The position numbers were made by a program, and so were the translations under genes. This document shows, in pieces, positions 1 through 9,261 of a DNA stretch of 20,000 nucleotides (positions are counted from its first letter, which is position 1; the number at the start of each line of letters is the position of its first letter). The stretch lies in the IMG/VR virus record IMGVR_UViG_3300022927_000016; one strand, 5' to 3'. This stretch comes from an uncultured virus (IMG/VR IMGVR_UViG_3300022927_000016). Lineage: Duplodnaviria > Heunggongvirae > Uroviricota > Caudoviricetes. The notes under the pieces were generated by a model, which was not told the DNA's origin, ran no database searches, and saw only the letters and a program-made list of their open reading frames with translations.

Positions 1-28
1 CAAAAAGAAGAAAATTGAGAGATAGATT

Positions 29-829
29 ATGAGAGACCACTGTTACATAACTGACTCCGAAGATGCTATTATTAAATTATTAATATCCTCGTTTAAGAAC
101 AATCAACTCATCGGCTATAAAGAACTAGCAACAAAACCTGACAGAGTTCCATTAGTTGTTAGAGGTATGACTGAGCGTAAAGCCATTGAAGTTGCTATTA
201 AACAACATAGGGATTTCTATTACATTGATACAGGATATATGGGCAACTTACAAAAAAGAAAAGATTGGCATCGCGTTGTAAAAAATAATGTACAACACAC
301 AACACCGCGGTATGACTTACCAGATGACCGTTTTAATCAAGCGGCGAGTAGAGATAGATTTACTGGTTGGAAAAAAATGGACGGTCCTATACTACTAGTA
401 ACTCCTAGTGCAAAACCTTGTAACTATTATAATATTAATAGAGATCAATGGGTAAATGATACCATTATTGAAATTAAAAAATATACTGATAGACCTATTA
501 TTATTAGAGATAAAGGACTACGTAGAGAACGACTAGGCGATAACAGCGTACCAGCACAGTTGTTAAGAGATAACATTCATTGTTTAGTAACATACAATTC
601 GATTGCGGCAACTGAAGCAATTAGTATGGGAGTTCCTGCTATTGCACTTGCCCCAGGTGCGGCAGGAGAGTTATGTACGGACTCAATAAGCAAAATTGAA
701 TCACCATACTTTCCAGATGAAGATAAAGTTATTGCTTGGCAAAATTGGTTAGCGTATTGCCAATACACAACAACAGAATTACGTACAGGATTAGCACTAG
801 GAATACAAGAGGATTTAAATTTATGTTAA
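29..829 (+). CDS. Putative glycosyltransferase, capsule-polysaccharide-synthesis-like (KpsS/KpsC-type GT-B fold), paralogue 1
   Basis: 266-aa ORF with YYIDTGY, RPIIIRDK, LVTYNSIAATEAISMGVPA and a C-terminal W..WLAYCQYTTTELRTG; the same motif order recurs in 823..1749 and 2555..3415. Confidence 0.6.
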   Translation: MRDHCYITDSEDAIIKLLISSFKNNQLIGYKELATKPDRVPLVVRGMTERKAIEVAIKQHRDFYYIDTGYMGNLQKRKDWHRVVKNNVQHTTPRYDLPDDRFNQAASRDRFTGWKKMDGPILLVTPSAKPCNYYNINRDQWVNDTIIEIKKYTDRPIIIRDKGLRRERLGDNSVPAQLLRDNIHCLVTYNSIAATEAISMGVPAIALAPGAAGELCTDSISKIESPYFPDEDKVIAWQNWLAYCQYTTTELRTGLALGIQEDLNLC

Positions 830-1749
830 CAGTAGCATCATACATGAAGGTTATTCCACCAGGGAATTCAAATCCTGAAAAACCAGCATTACTAAAAAAC
901 TTTATTACAGGTGTAAATGCATCTGGAGACCGAGGAATTATTTGTCAAACATTTCATCCAATGGATACCGATGTAGCAGTTATTCAAGGCTTTGTCCATG
1001 CTAACAGTAAAAATGTTCCTCATCTTAAATTGCGTAGACAAGTATATGAAAATCAAATGCGAAGAGAAAAGAAGTGTATTATTGTAGACAGTAACTTATT
1101 CCTAGCATATGACCCTAACAATACTAAAACATATCTACGTTACAGTTACGATGGCATTTTTGCAAACACTGGAGATTATTGTTATTCTAAAGAAACCGTA
1201 GATCCAAAACGATGGGATAAGATAGCAAAGGATTTAAACATTCAAGTTAAACCTTGGCGTATGGCAGATCATGGACATATTCTTATTGCTTGTCAGCGAG
1301 ACGGCGGCTGGAGTATGCAAGGACAAAATGTATTACAATGGTTAGAACAAACAGTTAACAAAATTCGTAAAGTTACAGACTCCCCTATAGTTGTACGTTT
1401 TCATCCAGGGGATAAACGTAGAGATTTATATCCTAGAATGATCAAACATCTTGATGTAATTCCAAGTACAAAGACAACTCTACTACACGACTTACAATCT
1501 GCAAAAGCATTCGTAGGACATAACAGCAGTCCTGGAGTAATTGCGGCAATTGAAGGTGTGCCTGTATTTTTGACAGACGCTGGAAGAAGTCAGGCTAAAG
1601 ATGTTTCTCATTATAATTTTAACGATTTACTTCATCCTAAAGTCTTTGATAGAACAGAATGGTTACAGAAATTAGCAATGTGTCATTGGACTTTAGATGA
1701 ATTAAAAACTGGAGAGTGTTGGCAACATATGAGGAAATTTATCAAATGA
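823..1749 (+). CDS. Putative glycosyltransferase, capsule-synthesis-like, paralogue 2
   Basis: The ORF track starts at TTG 736, but ATG 823 (MLTVASY) follows GAGGA and overlaps the upstream stop; motifs PIVVRFHPG, VGHNSSPGVIAAIEGVPVF, RTEWLQKLAMCHWTLDELKTG. Confidence 0.6.
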   Translation: MLTVASYMKVIPPGNSNPEKPALLKNFITGVNASGDRGIICQTFHPMDTDVAVIQGFVHANSKNVPHLKLRRQVYENQMRREKKCIIVDSNLFLAYDPNNTKTYLRYSYDGIFANTGDYCYSKETVDPKRWDKIAKDLNIQVKPWRMADHGHILIACQRDGGWSMQGQNVLQWLEQTVNKIRKVTDSPIVVRFHPGDKRRDLYPRMIKHLDVIPSTKTTLLHDLQSAKAFVGHNSSPGVIAAIEGVPVFLTDAGRSQAKDVSHYNFNDLLHPKVFDRTEWLQKLAMCHWTLDELKTGECWQHMRKFIK

Positions 1750-2573
1750 GAATACTAGTAGTCACAACATTCCATCAAGCAGGCATGGAAGTATACGGCC
1801 AAAGATTTATTGACACGTTTAGTACAAATGTAGATAAGCGTATTGATTTAAGAGTATACGCTGAAAATTGTAATCCAATAGTTCCAGAAGGAGAAGATCG
1901 AATTGCAATCTTTTCTGCTGAATCCAATCTTCAAAAGTTACAAGCATTTAAACAAAAGTGGAAAGATGTTCCTAAGGCAAATGGAAAATGTCCTCCAGAA
2001 ATTAAAGTCAAACGTCCACGAGATTGGCATAAAGAATTTAAATGGGACGCAATACGCTTTGCCAATAAAGTATATGCTGTATTTGAAGCCTGTCAAGATC
2101 CCGAATATGATCTAGTTGTATGGATGGATGCTGACACAGTTTGTCATAGTCCAATCACGTATGAAAAATTTATTAGTTTCTTTCCTACAAGCACATGGCT
2201 AAGTTATTTAGGTAGAGGACATAAATGGCCCGAGTGTGGATTTTATGGACTGCAAGTTAAGAAGACTGCCTCTAAAGATTTTCTAAAAGAATTTGAACGT
2301 GTCTATGAAGATGCTGATAATGGAATTTTTAGAATGGAAGAGTGGCACGATAGTTATGTATTTGACGAAGTTCTTAAAAAGATTAGAACGACATATCCTG
2401 AGATACACGATTTAAGCGGACATTTAGTTAAAGGAGAAGGGCACCCCCTTATCAATTGCGAACTAGGTGCATACTTTGATCATCTTAAAGGCGGACGTAA
2501 ATCCGAAGGTATGAGTCGCCGTAAAGATCTTTTTAGAGTACGGAAAGAGGCATATTGGCAACAGGTAAAATAA
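1746..2573 (+). CDS. Putative GT-A fold nucleotide-diphospho-sugar transferase
   Basis: ATG 1746 in an ATGA overlap with the previous stop; RFANKVYA, DxD motif VVWMDADT, ECGFYG, EWHDSYVFD, FDHLKG. Confidence 0.7.
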   Translation: MRILVVTTFHQAGMEVYGQRFIDTFSTNVDKRIDLRVYAENCNPIVPEGEDRIAIFSAESNLQKLQAFKQKWKDVPKANGKCPPEIKVKRPRDWHKEFKWDAIRFANKVYAVFEACQDPEYDLVVWMDADTVCHSPITYEKFISFFPTSTWLSYLGRGHKWPECGFYGLQVKKTASKDFLKEFERVYEDADNGIFRMEEWHDSYVFDEVLKKIRTTYPEIHDLSGHLVKGEGHPLINCELGAYFDHLKGGRKSEGMSRRKDLFRVRKEAYWQQVK

Positions 2574-3415
2574 AATTCAGTTTGTTTACAGACTATGGAG
2601 CACTTAATTCAAAAACAGTGTTCCAAGCATTTGCTCAAGGCTGTCAACAGTTAGGACATGATGTTGTTTACAACGACATGAATGCCGACGTTGCTGTTAT
2701 CTGGAGTATACTGTGGCATGGAAGAATGACAGCGAATAAAAAAGTTTGGGATCATTTTAGAAATCAAAATAAGAATGTTATAGTATTAGAAGTAGGAGCA
2801 TTGCATAGAAATGTTACATGGAAAGTAGGTATAAATGGAATTAATAGAGACGCTTATTTTGGCGATGTGGGTATGGATAGTAGTCGTGCTGTTGGTCTCG
2901 GTGTTAAATTAAAACCTTGGCAAGATCCAGGAGAACATATATTAATTTGTACACAACATGATAAGAGTAGACAATGGGAAGGACTTCCGCCTATTAGTGA
3001 TTGGGTGTTAGAAGTTATAGATCATATTAGAAGTCAAACCGATCGTTCGGTTATAATTCGCCCGCATCCTAGATGTAAACTTGAAGGTATTCAACACGAG
3101 TTTCCTAATGTTAAATTACAGCATCCGGTTCATATTAACGGTACATATGATGATTTTGATTTAGACTTTAACAATGTGTATGCTATTGTTAATTGGTCTA
3201 GCAATCCTGCTATCCAATCAATCATCGAAGGTGTGCCTGCATATGTAAGTCAACACAGTCTAGCATATGATGTTGGTAATCCTATTTTTGGAGATTACAA
3301 TAATCCAATCAGGCCTGATAGACAACAATGGATTAACGATTTGGTACATACAGAATGGAGTGTACCTGAAATTGCACAAGGTATTCCACAAAAACGCTTG
3401 ACTTCTTTATTATAA
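2555..3415 (+). CDS. Putative glycosyltransferase, capsule-synthesis-like, paralogue 3 (start uncertain: TTG 2555 or ATA 2570)
   Basis: VIVLEVG, WKVGINGIN, LKPW, ILICTQ, VIIRPHPR, VNWSSNPAIQSIIEGVPAY, RQQWINDLVHTEWSVPEIAQG. Confidence 0.6.
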   Translation: MATGKIKFSLFTDYGALNSKTVFQAFAQGCQQLGHDVVYNDMNADVAVIWSILWHGRMTANKKVWDHFRNQNKNVIVLEVGALHRNVTWKVGINGINRDAYFGDVGMDSSRAVGLGVKLKPWQDPGEHILICTQHDKSRQWEGLPPISDWVLEVIDHIRSQTDRSVIIRPHPRCKLEGIQHEFPNVKLQHPVHINGTYDDFDLDFNNVYAIVNWSSNPAIQSIIEGVPAYVSQHSLAYDVGNPIFGDYNNPIRPDRQQWINDLVHTEWSVPEIAQGIPQKRLTSLL

Positions 3416-3426
3416 GACTGTATACT
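3398..3426 (+). promoter_or_regulatory. Sigma70-type (early) promoter
   Basis: TTGACT (3398-3403), 17-nt spacer, TATACT (3421-3426); followed by GAGGA Shine-Dalgarno and ATG 3454. Confidence 0.8.
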
Positions 3427-3453
3427 AGTTCATAATAGTAGAGGATTCATTTA

Positions 3454-4731
3454 ATGAAACATAGTTATTCAATAGAGGATTGTCTTGAGTTTCTTGTAGG
3501 ACACTCAATTGTTCCTGGATTACACTGGAAAGATAAACCATTTAATCTCTATAACGAAAATAGAAAGGTACTGTATAGTATCGGTACCCAGGTGTTTAAA
3601 GGAAAAGCATTAACTGATAAACAGCATGAGTTGGTTAAATCCTTGTTGGTTGAATGGTACTCAGATCAATTTAAAGCAGTTGGAATCAATATTGATCATC
3701 ATGTCGACATACTACGTTCAGAATATAGAGTTGTAGATAAAAGTCATTGGGTTAAGAAAACTACTTCAGAAGGAAACACATATATTAGTATACGTTTTCC
3801 GTTTAGTAATAATGCTATTGATCATATTGCTAAAATCAAATCATTAACTAGTGATAGACTTACTCACAAAGAAGATTATGTGTATAAAGATCATATTCAT
3901 AGTTTTAGATACAACGAAATTAATGTTTATAAAATAGTTAATATAGCAAATTCATTTGATAATAAGCCTTTTGAGTTTGATGAAGAAGTTATTCAAGACT
4001 ATAATGATATTAAAAAATTTGATACAAACAAAGATGAATATGTTCCTGGCATTTACAATTTAGAATATAAAAACATTCCAACTACATTAGAATCACATCT
4101 AACCAAACTATATGGCAAACCGTCCGAAAGTAATATCGTAGAACTTTGGGATAAAAGGCGTCTATATGGATTACACTCGTTTGACACTATTGATATTAGT
4201 AACTATTCAACATTATCAAATAAAATTTTAGAAAGACAAGTTGCAAATATTCAAATTAGATCTGATGTTTGGACACTTGAACAACTGTTTGAATCAATCC
4301 GAGAACTAAATCGATTTCCGTTATTGGTGCTTATTAATGAGGATTATGCATCTGATGAGTTGTCTATGTTTTGGAATGTTGTAAAAGGATTTATAGATAA
4401 TAATGAGGTTTCAGTAACTTTTAGATTGGATAATAAAAATAATGAGGAATTTAACCAATTCATCAGAGATAAGGGATTAAATAATAGTGTAACAAATAAA
4501 ACTAAAATTGTTGTTGCTAATAGAAAGAAAATTTCAAAGCCGGTTATTAAGTCTGAATGGACACCAACGTGTATGTTAACATTTGGTACTTCACGAATCC
4601 CAAATCATATTGTTAATATCTACATGGAAAGTTTTGACTTAAAATTCTTTTATATAAAAGAAGACAGTTTAATATCTAGTACTATGCGTTCAAGACTACG
4701 CAAATACGACGAAGGAATTATTACAATATGA
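3454..4731 (+). CDS. Hypothetical phage protein (425 aa), translationally coupled to the helicase
   Basis: Long ORF with promoter and SD; ATGA overlap with 4728; no motif recognised. Confidence 0.85.
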   Translation: MKHSYSIEDCLEFLVGHSIVPGLHWKDKPFNLYNENRKVLYSIGTQVFKGKALTDKQHELVKSLLVEWYSDQFKAVGINIDHHVDILRSEYRVVDKSHWVKKTTSEGNTYISIRFPFSNNAIDHIAKIKSLTSDRLTHKEDYVYKDHIHSFRYNEINVYKIVNIANSFDNKPFEFDEEVIQDYNDIKKFDTNKDEYVPGIYNLEYKNIPTTLESHLTKLYGKPSESNIVELWDKRRLYGLHSFDTIDISNYSTLSNKILERQVANIQIRSDVWTLEQLFESIRELNRFPLLVLINEDYASDELSMFWNVVKGFIDNNEVSVTFRLDNKNNEEFNQFIRDKGLNNSVTNKTKIVVANRKKISKPVIKSEWTPTCMLTFGTSRIPNHIVNIYMESFDLKFFYIKEDSLISSTMRSRLRKYDEGIITI

Positions 4732-6188
4732 CAACTTGCAGAATAGTTTTACAAGACGAAGTAAATCTAAAAATTGAAGGACTTGAAGTAGATGTTCGGA
4801 GAAAGATTGCGAACAAACTAAAGTTTCAAGTTCCTTATGCTCGTTATTTGCCTCAATATAAACTAGGTAGATGGGACGGAACTGTAGGCTTCTTTGGTTT
4901 AGGTGGCAGTGGTTATATTAATCACTTGGATGTTATTCTTCGAGTTCTACAAGAACAAGGTGTAGAAGTTGGGGATATTCAAGACAACAGAGAAAAACAT
5001 AATTTAAGTTTTCCACAAGTAACAGAACGATACTGGGCAGACCAAGGCGTTGTATGGCCTAAAGGTCATCCAGCAGAAGGCGAAGATATTATTCTGCGTG
5101 ACTATCAAGTAGAAGCAGTTAATAACTTTTTAAAAAATCCACAAAGTCTACAAGAGATTGCTACAGGTGCAGGTAAAACTATTACAACTGCTACACTATC
5201 TCATCTATGTGAACCATACGGACGTAGTCTTGTAATTGTGCCTAACAAATCACTTGTTACACAAACAGAAGAAGATTATATTAACTGCGGACTAGACGCA
5301 GGTGTTTACTTTGGAGACCGAAAAGAACTAGGCAAAACTCATACTATCTGCACTTGGCAATCACTAAACATATTAGATAAGAAAAGCAAAAACGGTGAAG
5401 ACGTCCTTACACTTGCAGAATTTTTAGATGGTGTTAGTGCTATTATTGTAGACGAAGTACACCAAGCAAAAGCAGATGTACTTAAAAAACTACTAACACA
5501 AAACTTAAAAAATGCTCCAATACGTTGGGGACTAACTGGAACTATTCCAAAAGAACAATTTGAATTTCAAAGTATTCTTGCAAGTCTCGGACCGGTTGTA
5601 GGAAGTATTACTGCAAAAGAACTACAAGACAAGGGTGTATTATCTGATTGTCACGTCAATGTTGTACAAATGATTGATACTCAAGTACACACTGACTATC
5701 AGAGCGAATTAAAATATCTTGTTACTAACAAAGACAGGATTGAGTATATAGGCAAACTTCTTAACAATATAAAACAAACAGGCAACACTCTAATTTTAGT
5801 AGATAGAATTAGTGCAGGCGAAATGTTACAAGAAATTATTCCAAACTCAACTTTTGTAAAGGGTGATGTTAAATTAAAAGATCGAAAAGAAACTTATGAT
5901 ACAATTAAAGAAGGTACCAATGAGGTTATTATCGCTACTTATGGGGTTGCCGCTGTTGGCATTAATATTCCTCGTATTTTTAATTTGGTACTTATTGAAC
6001 CCGGGAAAAGTTTTGTCCGAGTTATTCAAAGCATTGGGCGTGGAGTAAGAAAGGCAAAGGATAAAGATTTCGTACAAATATGGGATATAACTTCAACTTG
6101 TAAGTATGCAAAGAGGCATCTTACTGAACGTAAAAAGTTTTACAAAGAAGCACAATATCCATTCACAATAGAAAAAGTAGATTGGTAA
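4728..6188 (+). CDS. uvsW: Superfamily 2 DNA helicase, T4 UvsW-like
   Basis: WDGTVGFF N-terminal motif, Q motif LRDYQ, Walker A ATGAGKT, DEVH, GLTGT, GINIP, QSIGRGVR. Confidence 0.9.
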   Translation: MTTCRIVLQDEVNLKIEGLEVDVRRKIANKLKFQVPYARYLPQYKLGRWDGTVGFFGLGGSGYINHLDVILRVLQEQGVEVGDIQDNREKHNLSFPQVTERYWADQGVVWPKGHPAEGEDIILRDYQVEAVNNFLKNPQSLQEIATGAGKTITTATLSHLCEPYGRSLVIVPNKSLVTQTEEDYINCGLDAGVYFGDRKELGKTHTICTWQSLNILDKKSKNGEDVLTLAEFLDGVSAIIVDEVHQAKADVLKKLLTQNLKNAPIRWGLTGTIPKEQFEFQSILASLGPVVGSITAKELQDKGVLSDCHVNVVQMIDTQVHTDYQSELKYLVTNKDRIEYIGKLLNNIKQTGNTLILVDRISAGEMLQEIIPNSTFVKGDVKLKDRKETYDTIKEGTNEVIIATYGVAAVGINIPRIFNLVLIEPGKSFVRVIQSIGRGVRKAKDKDFVQIWDITSTCKYAKRHLTERKKFYKEAQYPFTIEKVDW

Positions 6189-6196
6189 GGAGATAC

Positions 6197-6703
6197 ATGA
6201 ATATACTAACATTAGATAATAAATCATTTTCTTTAAACAACTTGCCTGAACAAATCGAAGAAGACATTAGATTCAGTGTTTTGGATAATAGTAATCCAAA
6301 AGAACCTGACTTCTTTTTTATTCCTTTGATTTTTTTGGAGTCATTTAGTTCACCTGCGATTGTTTTAGAAATTGCAGGAAAAGAAGTGAGTATGCCATTA
6401 GATTGGCATATTGCAGTAGGAGATAGTTCAAGTGGAAACGACTTAGAAGTTCTTCCACTAACATCAATTAACGATAGAGGATTTGAAGCATTCGTCTTTA
6501 ATCCATTAACAAGTTTCAAACCAGACTTTGCAGAATTAAAAGTTATTAATTTTTACAATGATGTGAAGTGGCACGTACCAAAAACTAAAAACGGACAACT
6601 ACTAAGTGTTCCTATTACAGAAGGCGATGATCCGTTCTGTGCATTCTTTATTAAAGACATTAGTAGACAGATTGAAACTATTGATTACGGAGAACTGTTT
6701 TAA
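6197..6703 (+). CDS. Conserved-looking hypothetical protein, possibly a degenerate Hint (intein-like) fold
   Basis: ATG 6197 preceded by TAAGGAG; beta-rich pattern (see findings). Gene is solid, fold is inference. Confidence 0.75.
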   Translation: MNILTLDNKSFSLNNLPEQIEEDIRFSVLDNSNPKEPDFFFIPLIFLESFSSPAIVLEIAGKEVSMPLDWHIAVGDSSSGNDLEVLPLTSINDRGFEAFVFNPLTSFKPDFAELKVINFYNDVKWHVPKTKNGQLLSVPITEGDDPFCAFFIKDISRQIETIDYGELF

Positions 6704-7251
6704 TGGTGCACACTCTTTCGGATCATTATAGACGTCAACTTCTAAAGTTACATCATACTAAGAATTCGTTTGGTTCGAAGTCTTGGTATAAAGGACTTGA
6801 CGAGTTCTTTGAAAAATATGAACCGGAGAGTGTAATTGATTACGGTTGTGGTAAAGGTAAGTTGTTAGAATCTATTAAAACACGATATCAAATTAAGGGA
6901 GTGGGATACGATCCTGGTGTAATTGAATTTATGACAACCCCGACTGAGCCTGCAGATGTGCTAGTATGTACAGATGTATTAGAACACATTGAACCTAATT
7001 TTATCGATACAGTGCTTTCACAAATCGATAAGTTATATACAAAAGGAGCATGGCTATTAATAGATACTGCTCCAGCAATTAAGTTTTTAGCAGACGGAAG
7101 AAATGCTCATCTAATACTTGAAGATAAAGAATGGTGGGATGATAAAGTAAAAACAATAATGATTAATAGTACTATTGTTTCTAGTAAGTTTAAAAAAAAT
7201 AAAGTTATAATGGAGGTGTGTAAAAATGGAACCGATACTAATAAGTCCTAA
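6703..7251 (+). CDS. Class I SAM-dependent methyltransferase
   Basis: VIDYGCGKG motif I, GYDPG, DVLVCTDVLEHIEP, GRNAHL. Confidence 0.9.
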   Translation: MVHTLSDHYRRQLLKLHHTKNSFGSKSWYKGLDEFFEKYEPESVIDYGCGKGKLLESIKTRYQIKGVGYDPGVIEFMTTPTEPADVLVCTDVLEHIEPNFIDTVLSQIDKLYTKGAWLLIDTAPAIKFLADGRNAHLILEDKEWWDDKVKTIMINSTIVSSKFKKNKVIMEVCKNGTDTNKS

Positions 7252-7861
7252 TTTAGTTTATAAGGCACATTGTCCTATAGATATGACTAATATTGCTGAA
7301 CGTGGTGCTAAACTTCTCGATACTATTGTTGACCCTGGCGAAGTTGAACAAGAAGGTGGCATAACAAGTACTGGACATCTAGATGCTCCACATATGTGGG
7401 AAGAAACACAATTATTAAACAAGTGGCTTAGAGTACAAGCAGAAAAGGTTTTAAATCTTTGGGATTTAAAATTTAATACATTTGGAGTTACTAAGAGTTG
7501 GGTTAATAGTCATTATCACGGAGCATGGACTGATTCACACGATCACGGTGACAGTCACTTAGTATGTTCAGTATACTTGAAACAACCGCCACACGGTGGC
7601 AACTTAGAATTTGAAAATCTTGGTCGTTCAATGTTTGCAAGTTATCCACGTTTCCCTCAAAACAACAGTAGTCTACATAATTATTATACAGAAGTAGAAG
7701 TAAACCAAGGAGATGTTGTTTTCTTTCCTGGCTGGTTAAGTCATAAAAGTCAACCAAATAACAGTATGGAACGAAGAATAGTAATGGGTATGAATTGGCA
7801 CTGTTCTTTTGAAAGACCACCACAAATGAATAACAATCATATTACTAAGGACGCGGCCTAA
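7226..7861 (+). CDS. Putative 2OG-Fe(II) oxygenase
   Basis: SWVN, HDH, CSVYL, GNLEF, GDVVFFPGWLSHKSQPN, RIVMGMN; GGAGGTG SD upstream. Confidence 0.85.
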   Translation: MEPILISPNLVYKAHCPIDMTNIAERGAKLLDTIVDPGEVEQEGGITSTGHLDAPHMWEETQLLNKWLRVQAEKVLNLWDLKFNTFGVTKSWVNSHYHGAWTDSHDHGDSHLVCSVYLKQPPHGGNLEFENLGRSMFASYPRFPQNNSSLHNYYTEVEVNQGDVVFFPGWLSHKSQPNNSMERRIVMGMNWHCSFERPPQMNNNHITKDAA

Positions 7862-8574
7862 TGTTTAGTATTTGGAAGAAACCCTCAACTATTACATTAG
7901 ATTGTTTTACAGACCAACGAGTTATTCATGATGCATACGAACCAGTACTTGCTAAAGACTGGATGCCAGACTGGTGGAAAAAAATGCCTGCTACACGTAA
8001 ATTTGATAGCAGAACATTCCAAGGACTAGACAACGCTACACTAAAACGTTGTCCTCATGTCAATCAACTTTTAACTACAGGTGTAATTTTTCCTGCGTGG
8101 ATGCAATTACAAATTAAAACTTTTGATAGAGTTGATCAAGCAATGATTCAAACCTATCCTGAAAATAGTCCTGTTATTCCTCATGACCCGCAAGACTATG
8201 CTCATCATAAACCAAATATGTTTCATGGTAAAGTTATGAGTCCTTGGCAGATTAGAGATAAGAGCGGAATTGACTGGATGTGGATGGCACCACAATGGCA
8301 TCAAACAAATCCTTTAGAATATTGGACAGTTCCAGCAATAACAGAATTTAAGTATCAACACGCTTCACTAGTAAACATTATGATTCCATTTAATACAGAA
8401 TTAAAAGTTGAACCTGGAGATCCTTGGTTACATTTAGTTCCACTCTCTGATAAAAGAATAAACATTAAAACTCACTTAGTAACAAGTCAAGAACTAGCAA
8501 AACTAAACAGTCTAATGATGGGTGTTGGTAGTTATGCAAAGTTTATGACTAGGATGAAAAGGAAAGGCAAATGA
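7861..8574 (+). CDS. Hypothetical phage protein, possibly dUTPase-like beta fold
   Basis: WMPDWWKKMP, TLKRCP, TGVIFPAW, KVMSPWQI, VEPGDPWLHLVP; fold call is tentative. Confidence 0.6.
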   Translation: MFSIWKKPSTITLDCFTDQRVIHDAYEPVLAKDWMPDWWKKMPATRKFDSRTFQGLDNATLKRCPHVNQLLTTGVIFPAWMQLQIKTFDRVDQAMIQTYPENSPVIPHDPQDYAHHKPNMFHGKVMSPWQIRDKSGIDWMWMAPQWHQTNPLEYWTVPAITEFKYQHASLVNIMIPFNTELKVEPGDPWLHLVPLSDKRINIKTHLVTSQELAKLNSLMMGVGSYAKFMTRMKRKGK

Positions 8575-8684
8575 CTGTCGGCGCTGGTATAGGTTTATTT
8601 TTTATAGGAATGATAGCAACCGTTGTGGTTATGTACATTATTATTCGAGCACAAGAAAACGAAAGCAAAGGAGACGACGAATGA
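8571..8684 (+). CDS. Small single-pass membrane protein (37 aa), absent from the ORF track
   Basis: MTVGAGIGLFFIGMIATVVVMYIIIRAQENESKGDDE*; ATGA overlaps at both ends (8571-8574, 8681-8684), filling the gap exactly. Confidence 0.8.
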   Translation: MTVGAGIGLFFIGMIATVVVMYIIIRAQENESKGDDE

Positions 8685-9034
8685 AAGCAGGAAAGATTTG
8701 GGGTCAAACAGAATTGATCCATGCAAACGGTGTACTAGAATTTCATCGTATAGAATTTAAAAAAGGTTTCAAGTGTAGCGAACACGAACACAAATATAAG
8801 TGGAACGGATTCTTTGTGGAGTCAGGCAAGATGATTGTGCGTGTATGGCAAGATGCTGATCAAGAAGGTCTAGTTGATGAAACAATATTAGGTCCAGGCG
8901 AGTTTACACAGGTCAAGCCGGGCAAGATTCATCAATTTGAAGGTGTAGAAGATGGTGTAGCATTTGAACTGTATTGGGCAGAATTTAATCATGACGATAT
9001 AGTAAGAAGAACAGTAGGTACAAAAATTAAGTAA
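8681..9034 (+). CDS. Cupin-domain protein (sugar isomerase/mannose-6-phosphate-isomerase-like)
   Basis: GKIWG, CSEHEHKYKWNGFFVESG, LGPGEFTQVKPGKIHQFEG, DIVR; AGGAGA SD. Confidence 0.85.
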   Translation: MKAGKIWGQTELIHANGVLEFHRIEFKKGFKCSEHEHKYKWNGFFVESGKMIVRVWQDADQEGLVDETILGPGEFTQVKPGKIHQFEGVEDGVAFELYWAEFNHDDIVRRTVGTKIK

Positions 9035-9261
9035 TGGTAAAGATATACGAATCCCCAGATGGAGGTAATACGATTTTTGAACGTGATACTTGCACAGGGG
9101 CTCGTGTTCTTATTGAAGAACTAGAATATCCTGATTGGTATTTGAGTGAATTAGAACTAAGTGAAATAGTAGATTATGCAAATGAAGGAAATAAGTCTTT
9201 ACAAATACAACTAAAGAAGTTAAAATTAATGTATAATCTTATAAAAGAAAGTAACTGGTAA
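9034..9261 (+). CDS. Hypothetical phage protein (75 aa)
   Basis: TAATG overlaps at both ends; N-terminal KIYESPDGGNTIFER. Confidence 0.8.
   Translation: MVKIYESPDGGNTIFERDTCTGARVLIEELEYPDWYLSELELSEIVDYANEGNKSLQIQLKKLKLMYNLIKESNW

Noticed and set aside
736..822. Upstream TTG-started extensions given by the ORF track (736, 1716, 6182, 10238, 12064)
   Set aside because: They create longer overlaps with the upstream gene; downstream ATGs with SD or stop/start overlaps (823, 1746, 6197, 10262, 12082) fit better
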